Source: an uncultured archaeon
GTDB taxonomy: Archaea > Aenigmatarchaeota > Aenigmatarchaeia > CG10238-14 > SCSR01
Length of the DNA: 64,000 nt
Assembly: GCA_964400475.1 (NCBI GenBank)
Contig: CAYNTH010000003.1
Span: forward strand, 3,283-67,282
Reading direction: 5' to 3'
In this document: in pieces, positions 58,268-64,000 of the stretch
Numbering within the stretch: the stretch's first letter is position 1
Layout of the letters: every line of letters begins with the position of its first letter
Program-made: the position numbers and the translations under genes
Notes under the pieces: generated by a model
The model's database searches: none
Seen by the model: the letters and a program-made list of their open reading frames with translations, nothing else
What the model was told of the DNA's origin: nothing

Positions 58268-58375
58268 TCAAAGCTTAACTTGTCCCCTGGCCCTGGAGTG
58301 GCTTTCTGCTACATGTGATTCCAGCTCTTTCCTGGTGCTGAAAGTAGCATCACACAATATGCAATTTTCTGCCAT
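58268..58375 (-). CDS. 35-aa C2H2 zinc-finger micro-protein (copy 2)
   Basis: Manual translation: MAENCILCDATFSTRKELESHVAESHSRARGQVKL, with the same length and Cys/His spacing as copy 1. Confidence 0.45.
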   Translation of the reverse strand: MAENCILCDATFSTRKELESHVAESHSRARGQVKL

Positions 58376-58423
58376 CTTATATCTAATTAGATACGTGTTG
58401 GTATCAATAAAAGTTTAACTGAG

Positions 58424-59470
58424 TCAATTTATTTCTTTTAGGTCGTATCCTCGTTCACCCATCCCAAATTTCTCCCCGAACTCCACGTGCGATTTCGGGT
58501 CCACACCCTGTATCTCCTGTAATTTCTTTCCGATTTCATCCTCGATCAAGTCGATCGATGCCTCATCTATTGCCACAGGATTATCTGATATTACTATTCC
58601 CACGTCAGGCGCTATTATCGGGCCTGCATCGCTTGCACAATCACATCTTTTGCTTATGTCTGTTAATATATTCACGAATATATTTTTCTTAGGTTTGTTG
58701 TTTTCGTCATATTTATTCAGACACGCATATGCGGCTGCTGCCAACATTTCGTGGAAATTCTCACCCTTCCAAACAAGTCCGTTGTAATCGCATGTTTCAA
58801 CACATTTTTCACAACCAAGGCATTTTCCATAATCTATTACCAATTTGTCTTCAATTGATATTGCCTTCATCGGACATGCTTCTACGCAAGCACCACATAA
58901 TTGACATTGTTCATGGTTGATTACAGGTGCACCAGCAGCGTGTATGAACCCCTTCGATTCCTTGGACACTCCCCCCATCCCGAATGCTTTGATCGATCCG
59001 CCAAAGCCGGTCATTCCATGGCCTTTACCATGTGCTATTGATAGAACGAATTCGGATTTACATAATTCCTCGGCTACTTCGAATCCATAAGTATTATCCC
59101 CGACATCTACGTTTATCGTATAACCTTCGTTGCCTATAACCACATCGCATATATCATCGAATCCGTGATCTTTTGAGGTTTCTGCATATTTTTCTTTGGT
59201 ATCACGACCACCAGGATATTTCACGGCTGTATCGAACAGAAATGGATTAGAGTTTATATTTTCTAGGATATTGACAAAGTGTTTGATGAAATCCGGCTTG
59301 ATGTAGAATTTGTTGCCTCTTTCACCCATATGCAATTTCACCAGTACGTCTTTGCCCGAGAATTCGTCAAATCCAAATTCTTTAAGGGCGGACTCTACTT
59401 TGCCCATATGTTCTCCTTTTTCAAATGATTTCCTATTGCCCCTGATCAAAATTACTTTCGACATATACAT
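58424..59470 (-). CDS. DUF362-family protein with an inserted 2x[4Fe-4S] ferredoxin domain
   Basis: KVILIRG...DVLVKLHMGERGN at the N-terminus, with CQLCGACVEACP and CLGCEKCVETC. The track ORF (to 59545) runs into tRNA-Ala, so the start at 59470 or 59464 is preferred. Confidence 0.65.
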   Translation of the reverse strand: MYMSKVILIRGNRKSFEKGEHMGKVESALKEFGFDEFSGKDVLVKLHMGERGNKFYIKPDFIKHFVNILENINSNPFLFDTAVKYPGGRDTKEKYAETSKDHGFDDICDVVIGNEGYTINVDVGDNTYGFEVAEELCKSEFVLSIAHGKGHGMTGFGGSIKAFGMGGVSKESKGFIHAAGAPVINHEQCQLCGACVEACPMKAISIEDKLVIDYGKCLGCEKCVETCDYNGLVWKGENFHEMLAAAAYACLNKYDENNKPKKNIFVNILTDISKRCDCASDAGPIIAPDVGIVISDNPVAIDEASIDLIEDEIGKKLQEIQGVDPKSHVEFGEKFGMGERGYDLKEIN

Positions 59471-59504
59471 CAATACCATTAAATTGTTGTTTCTAAAATA
59501 AAAG

Positions 59505-59576
59505 TGGACCGACCGGGACTTGAACCCGGAGCCTCTTCCGTGCAAGGGAAGCGATCTACCATTGATCTATCAGCCC
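59505..59576 (-). tRNA. tRNA-Ala (anticodon UGC)
   Basis: Hand-folded. Acceptor GGGCTGA/TCGGTCC with the G3:U70 Ala identity pair, anticodon loop CTTGCAC, T arm CCGGG-TTCAAGT-CCCGG. No encoded CCA. Confidence 0.9.
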
Positions 59577-59615
59577 ATGTCGTATATGCTCTATTGTTGT
59601 ATAAGAAAATAAGTT

Positions 59616-59756
59616 TTATTTATTATAAAAGTCTCTTTTGTCCCCATTATTGAAATTGGGCTCATACCCACCAATAGCATCCCATTTTTTTCTCAGTTCT
59701 TTTATCGCTTGATCAAAATCTTTTTGCGTTGTCTCTATTTTGTAAGTATCTTCCAT
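59616..59756 (-). CDS. Candidate 46-aa small protein
   Basis: Manual translation: MEDTYKIETTQKDFDQAIKELRKKWDAIGGYEPNFNNGDKRDFYNK. Starts 6 nt after the stop of the upstream gene. Confidence 0.2.
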   Translation of the reverse strand: MEDTYKIETTQKDFDQAIKELRKKWDAIGGYEPNFNNGDKRDFYNK

Positions 59757-59762
59757 CTATCA

Positions 59763-60194
59763 TCACCTTCTAATATGTGTGCCCCTTTGTTTTCTATAAG
59801 CATTGTATCTATCTGTTTCAAATTTATATGCCTCTTCAGAAATTTTATCTATTATAAGATTTACTGGTTCATTATCTTCTTCTGAAATCCCATCACTGAT
59901 GTATTTTTTTAGAGAATTCATAAGCGGCTTAACATTTTCCATAACATCTAACGGTAATACCTTACCTGGTCCATTTTTTAACAATTCTAAATCTATCTTC
60001 GTGTACCATTCAGCTATTTCCAAAATCTCACTGGTACAGGAATTATATAAGGCCGAATCTTCATCGAGCGAGCCTTTAGATTTTAGATAGATCGCACTCC
60101 TAAAACCAGTCAGTTTGTTTTGAATCGACCTATCATACTCCTTCCACAATTCCATTTCTTCCTTACTTAAAACAACGTCATTCAATATAATCAC
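59763..60194 (-). CDS. Hypothetical helical protein
   Basis: 143-aa ORF. No motif recognised. Confidence 0.4.
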   Translation of the reverse strand: MIILNDVVLSKEEMELWKEYDRSIQNKLTGFRSAIYLKSKGSLDEDSALYNSCTSEILEIAEWYTKIDLELLKNGPGKVLPLDVMENVKPLMNSLKKYISDGISEEDNEPVNLIIDKISEEAYKFETDRYNAYRKQRGTHIRR

Positions 60195-60239
60195 TGTTAC
60201 TATTAAATAGTGACTACTATATAAGTATTTCGAAATTCT

Positions 60240-60593
60240 TTATATTTTCTCTATTTCGCCTTTATCCAGAATTAACAATGGTCTGGATTCCGATAGCGAT
60301 CTAGCGACTTTTTTCCTTGCAGATTTCAACAATCGCCAAACAGTGCCTCTGGAAGTGCCCATATTTTCAGCGGCTTCTTCTTGCGTCAGTTCCTCCAAAT
60401 CCGATAGTCTTAAAGTCTCGTATTCAGGATATGTCATTTTGATAGGGTCGTTGTTCTTTGTGGGTATGGGTCGGAATTCCTTCGAATGTGGTATATGGGA
60501 TAAATATAAATCATCGAAAGGTCTCCCCGGTCCTTTCCTCCTTTGTTTCCAACGCCACCCTCTACCTTTACCTCTACCTCTTCTTCTAGGCAT
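60240..60593 (-). CDS. DUF134 (UPF0251) predicted DNA-binding protein
   Basis: MPRRRGRGKGRGWRW... then YETLRLSDLEELTQEEAAENMGTSRGTVWRLLKSARKKVA, a sigma-70 region-4-like HTH. ATG 60593 is preferred over the track start at 60617. Confidence 0.7.
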   Translation of the reverse strand: MPRRRGRGKGRGWRWKQRRKGPGRPFDDLYLSHIPHSKEFRPIPTKNNDPIKMTYPEYETLRLSDLEELTQEEAAENMGTSRGTVWRLLKSARKKVARSLSESRPLLILDKGEIEKI

Positions 60594-60635
60594 ATAACCA
60601 CTAATTCTTATTATCAATCGATAGATTTAAATATT

Positions 60636-60674
60636 TGCATATGCACATAATTATACATTGTGTGCAATAGCACA
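60636..60674. promoter_or_regulatory. Two palindromes in the divergent DUF134 / DUF5320 intergenic region
   Basis: TGCATATGCA (60636..60645, a perfect 10-bp palindrome) and TGTGC-AATA-GCACA (60661..60674). A TTTAAATATT TATA-like element lies at 60626..60635. Confidence 0.4.
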
Positions 60675-60696
60675 AAAAAGATAAGAGGTGAAAAAT

Positions 60697-61083
60697 GTGC
60701 CGTATGGAAATAGAACTGGACCTTTTGGTGAAGGACCAATGACTGGTCGAGGTTTAGGGCATTGTTCAGGATATGATTCTCCTGGATATGTCAAGGGAAA
60801 CTTTGGATGTCGTTTTGGTCGTGGGTTAAGAAGAGGACGAGGGTTTGGTAGAGGTAGACGATTTAGAAATTGGACTCGTATTGAGCTTCCCACATTTGGT
60901 AGGACATCCGTTCGAAATTCAACCCTTCGAAATAGTAATTTGAATCGATCAAATTTAGATAGTAATGAAGAAATCAATTTGCTTGAACAACACATCAATG
61001 TCATAGAAGATGAGAAAAGGTTGCTAGAACAAGATTTGGATGCAATAAAGAAAAGACTTAACGAGCTCAAGAATAATAAATAA
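60697..61083 (+). CDS. DUF5320-family protein (Gly/Arg-rich N-terminus, coiled-coil C-terminus)
   Basis: PYGNRTGPFGEGPMTGRGLGHCSG matches the DUF5320 N-terminal signature. The GTG at 60697 lies 6 nt after GAGGTG; the track start is GTG 60688. Confidence 0.6.
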   Translation: MPYGNRTGPFGEGPMTGRGLGHCSGYDSPGYVKGNFGCRFGRGLRRGRGFGRGRRFRNWTRIELPTFGRTSVRNSTLRNSNLNRSNLDSNEEINLLEQHINVIEDEKRLLEQDLDAIKKRLNELKNNK

Positions 61084-61095
61084 TTAAGTGATTAG

Positions 61096-61275
61096 ATGCC
61101 TAAAATTCGTGGAAAAAATATAAAGGGTCGATTTGGTGTTGGTCCTGGCGGGGATTGTATTTGCCCTAAATGCGGACATAAAATGTCGCATAGTATGGGA
61201 GTCCCATGTTATACGTTGAAGTGTCCGGAATGTGGCAGCAATATGACAAGAAGTCGCCCCATGATTAGAAAGTAG
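61096..61275 (+). CDS. 59-aa zinc-ribbon protein typical of DUF5320/NifX-like clusters
   Basis: Manual translation: MPKIRGKNIKGRFGVGPGGDCICPKCGHKMSHSMGVPCYTLKCPECGSNMTRSRPMIRK. Below the track cutoff. Confidence 0.5.
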   Translation: MPKIRGKNIKGRFGVGPGGDCICPKCGHKMSHSMGVPCYTLKCPECGSNMTRSRPMIRK

Positions 61276-61278
61276 GTT

Positions 61279-62640
61279 ATGAAAACATCATCCACAGGGG
61301 ATTGTATGGGAACTGACAAAAAATTGAAAAAAGGAGAAAGAGCTGCAATAATAAGCATCTTAGTATCGTTATTTCTATCAATAATAAAGGCTATCGTTGG
61401 ATATCTATCCGGTAGCATAGTCTTGATTACGGATGCTGTTCATAGTGGGGCGGATTCCATAACTGGATTTGCTTCGTGGTTTGGATTGAGGATTGCCCAG
61501 AAAAAACCTAGTGAAAGGTTCCCTTATGGTTATTACAAAGCAGAAAATATAGCTACATTGATAGTATCTGTTTTTATCTTTTATGCAGCTATTGGATTGA
61601 TGCAGAAAGGATATTCGAAACTTTTTGTTATTCCCGAGTTGAGTAGACCATATGAGGCACTTGCGGTAGCATTGTCTTCTTCTATAGTTTCTTACTTCCT
61701 TTCTAGATATATGAAGAAGGTTGGTGAGGAGGTTAATTCACAATCTTTGATTGCTAATGCGCAGGAGAGGAGAGTTGATATATTGTCTTCTATGATAGTA
61801 TTTGTTGCGATAGTTCTGACATATTATAATATACCATATGCAGAAGGGGCGATAACGATATTTATTTCGTTACTTGCGTTGAAAGTCGGAATTGAAGTTG
61901 CCAGGGATTCGGTATATTCTTTGATGGACGTTAGTCCCGATATGGAAGTTGAAAATAAAATAAGAAGTGTTTTGGATAGTAATACGGGTATAGAGAGTTT
62001 TGATTCCCTTAAATTAAGAAAATCAGGGCCTACAATTTTTGGCGAAGTTAATGTTAAGATAAGAAAAAATGTTGACGTTAAGAGAGCTCATGATATATCC
62101 AATACTATAGAAAACCACGTCAAACATGAGATAAATGATTTGGAATCTTTGACAATACACGTTGAACCATATCAGACTGAAAAAGAAACAGTTGTATTGC
62201 CTATAAAGAACAAGAAAGGACTCAGTTCAGATATCATGTCTCATTTCGGCCGGGCCAAGTATTTTATTTTTGTGGAGATTGATAGAAAGAATGGGGATAT
62301 TGCATCAAATTACATCAAGGAGAATCCTTATGTTGAGGAAGAATTACGTGCAGGGTTCAAGGCTGCAAATTTCGTAAAAGATGAAAAGATAGACGCGCTA
62401 ATAACTCTGGAAATAGGCGGTATATCTATACACACTCTTAGAGATAATTTGGTGGATGTCTACAAGACAGATGGTGGTAAAGTTAAAATCATTGTTGAGA
62501 AATATATTAATGGAAAGTTAGAACCTTTGAAAACACCGACCAAAGATTTGGGGGAGTTATCTGATAAGATTGACGATGATGAGTCCGATGAACCTGGGAT
62601 TAATCGTTGGTGGGGTCGGAGAAGAAGGGGTAGAAAATAA
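61279..62640 (+). CDS. Cation diffusion facilitator transporter fused to a C-terminal NifX/NifB-like (COG1433) domain
   Basis: CDF signature LITDAVHSGADSITGFASWFGLRIAQKKPSERFPYGYYKAENIATL with 6 TM segments and a cytoplasmic domain. This is followed by VVLPIKNKKGLSSDIMSHFGRAKYFIFVEID..., similar to the two stand-alone NifX-like ORFs downstream. Confidence 0.8.
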   Translation: MKTSSTGDCMGTDKKLKKGERAAIISILVSLFLSIIKAIVGYLSGSIVLITDAVHSGADSITGFASWFGLRIAQKKPSERFPYGYYKAENIATLIVSVFIFYAAIGLMQKGYSKLFVIPELSRPYEALAVALSSSIVSYFLSRYMKKVGEEVNSQSLIANAQERRVDILSSMIVFVAIVLTYYNIPYAEGAITIFISLLALKVGIEVARDSVYSLMDVSPDMEVENKIRSVLDSNTGIESFDSLKLRKSGPTIFGEVNVKIRKNVDVKRAHDISNTIENHVKHEINDLESLTIHVEPYQTEKETVVLPIKNKKGLSSDIMSHFGRAKYFIFVEIDRKNGDIASNYIKENPYVEEELRAGFKAANFVKDEKIDALITLEIGGISIHTLRDNLVDVYKTDGGKVKIIVEKYINGKLEPLKTPTKDLGELSDKIDDDESDEPGINRWWGRRRRGRK

Positions 62641-62655
62641 TTAGAGGTGAATTAA

Positions 62656-63051
62656 ATGAAAATAGCTATTTCGGCATTGGGTAAGGGGCTAGACGCAAAG
62701 ATTGATCCAAGATTCGGGAGATGTGATTATTTTGTGATAGTTGAAGTTGAAAATGGTGACATAAAGGGAGTCGAGAATATCGATAATGATGCAGCGGAAT
62801 CATCAAGAGGCGCGGGCATCCGAGCAGCTCAAATTGTTGCAAATACGGGGGTCAATATTGTAATAAGTGGAAACATGGGTCCAAATGCATTCGATGCATT
62901 ATCTAAAGCGGGTATAGATGTCTTTACTGCACAAGTTGGAATTTCGGTGGAGGACGCAGTTAAAAAATGTATTGGAGATGAGTTGGAAGCTATGTTATCT
63001 TCCAATAGGGGAGTAGGTCATGGGATGAGAAAGGGCAGAGGAAGAAGATGA
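62656..63051 (+). CDS. NifX/NifB-like (dinitrogenase FeMo-cofactor-binding family, COG1433) protein
   Basis: MKIAISALGKGLDAKIDPRFGRCDYFVIVEVENGD. Confidence 0.75.
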   Translation: MKIAISALGKGLDAKIDPRFGRCDYFVIVEVENGDIKGVENIDNDAAESSRGAGIRAAQIVANTGVNIVISGNMGPNAFDALSKAGIDVFTAQVGISVEDAVKKCIGDELEAMLSSNRGVGHGMRKGRGRR

Positions 63052-63052
63052 G

Positions 63053-63397
63053 ATGTTGAATATGAAGATAGCAATTTCATGCGACGGAGATACAGTGAGT
63101 GAGCATTTTGGCAGATGTGAGAAATATGTCATATTTGAAGTTGAAAATGGTGAGATGAAAAATAAAAACGATGTGGATAATCCTGGACACAAGCCTTTTT
63201 TCCTTCCCAAATTTTTGAATGAAAAAGGAATCGATAAAATAATTTGTAAAGGAATTGGTCCTCGTGCAATGGATCTGTTTGAAGACATGGGGATTGAAGT
63301 TCTTCCAGGTGTTTCAGGAAAGGTATCGGACGTTATTGAAAAGTTTTTAGATGGTGAATTGAATACATCTGCATCTAGTTGTGAACATTTCAAATGA
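63053..63397 (+). CDS. NifX/NifB-like (COG1433) protein
   Basis: MKIAISCDGDTVSEHFGRCEKYVIFEVENGE. The start is ATG 63053 or 63062. Confidence 0.75.
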   Translation: MLNMKIAISCDGDTVSEHFGRCEKYVIFEVENGEMKNKNDVDNPGHKPFFLPKFLNEKGIDKIICKGIGPRAMDLFEDMGIEVLPGVSGKVSDVIEKFLDGELNTSASSCEHFK

Positions 63398-63411
63398 TTT
63401 GGTGGTAATCC

Positions 63412-63795
63412 ATGGATGAATTAGAAAGAATTAAAAAGGAAAAGGTTAGAAAAATGTTGGAAAAAAAATCCTATCCAGATAGACCCGTTAAAGTTAATGA
63501 CAATGATTTCGAATCTTTTGTCAGTAAATATCCATTTGTAGTAATTGATTGTTGGGCAAATTGGTGCGGACCTTGTAAGATGTTGGGTCCAGTTATCGAC
63601 GAGTTGTCTAAGAAATATAAGGGTAGAATAATCTTTGGTAAGTTGGACGTGACCCAAAATAAAATAGTGCCCGATAAATATAATGTGAGGAGTATACCAA
63701 CTCTACTGATTTTCAAGAAAAGTGAGCTCATTGATAAATTAATCGGATTCAATTCAAAGGCCGAATTGGAATCTAAATTGAGTGGGTACCTGTAA
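63412..63795 (+). CDS. trx: Thioredoxin
   Basis: Active site WANWCGPCKMLGP and RSIPTLLIF. Confidence 0.9.
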   Translation: MDELERIKKEKVRKMLEKKSYPDRPVKVNDNDFESFVSKYPFVVIDCWANWCGPCKMLGPVIDELSKKYKGRIIFGKLDVTQNKIVPDKYNVRSIPTLLIFKKSELIDKLIGFNSKAELESKLSGYL

Positions 63796-63823
63796 ATTAA
63801 TAATTGGGTTCAGTTGGGATAAT

Positions 63824-64000
63824 ATGGATATAATAGCTTCTACCGGGGCGAAAGGTGGAGTAGGAAAATCGACTTTTGCTGTTTTATTGTCATTTAAATT
63901 CCTCAAGGATGGCAAAAAAGTTGTATTATGCGATTGTGATGTAGAATGTCCCAATGATCATCTTATTTTGGGCAAAGATTTGGATGATGACAAGTCTGAA
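63824..64000 (+). CDS. MinD/Mrp-superfamily P-loop ATPase, N-terminal part (likely the COG1149 type with an inserted ferredoxin domain; runs off the window)
   Basis: MDIIASTGAKGGVGKSTFAVLL...VLCDCDVECPNDHLILG. Confidence 0.6.
   Translation, partial: MDIIASTGAKGGVGKSTFAVLLSFKFLKDGKKVVLCDCDVECPNDHLILGKDLDDDKSE

Overview
This window is a gene-dense, AT-rich archaeal chromosomal segment. By eye the GC content is in the mid/upper 30s percent; I did not compute it. The archaeal identity is clear from the informational genes: TFB, an HMf-type histone, aIF5A, RNA polymerase subunit H, Elp3, GatD/GatE, ABCE1, CDC48, a type IA topoisomerase, Hef helicase and nuclease, Nre, archaeal-type SAM synthetase and isopentenyl phosphate kinase. 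I call about 80 CDS, including several micro-ORFs below the ORF-track cutoff, plus two tRNAs (Ser-CGA, Ala-UGC) and one stand-alone 23S rRNA with no 16S or 5S next to it. That 23S departs from the near-universal consensus even in the peptidyl-transferase ring and the sarcin-ricin loop. This suggests a fast-evolving, possibly small-genome (DPANN-like) lineage, but that taxonomic guess is inference only. I saw no CRISPR array, cas genes, transposase, integrase or prophage-like block.

The most interesting observations are:
1. A roughly 7 kb block (38040..45219) has no assignable housekeeping function. It holds two tandem paralogs of an unknown family, a 589-aa protein with no recognisable motif abutting a TIM-barrel protein split by a ~280-aa insertion, and two tandem NTase-HEPN fusion paralogs.
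2. A ~60-aa helix-hairpin-helix module preceded by a Lys-rich linker is present three times. It is fused to the C-terminus of topoisomerase I, the N-terminus of TFB and the C-terminus of a membrane protein. The topA and tfb copies are still about 85% identical at nucleotide level.
3. RpoH carries an N-terminal SAP/HeH-like extension.
4. An AsnB-like PP-loop amidoligase overlaps the start of elp3. It is a candidate for the cm5U to ncm5U amidation step.
5. A DUF134 / DUF5320 / Zn-ribbon / CDF-NifX fusion / NifX-like x2 / thioredoxin / MinD-like cluster lies at the right end.
6. Hef is split into separate helicase and nuclease genes. It sits in a co-directional array with a DUF460-like RNase H-fold ORF, an archaeosortase-like membrane protein, a 486-aa coiled-coil protein and topA.

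All family assignments rest on motif recognition by eye and need profile searches.
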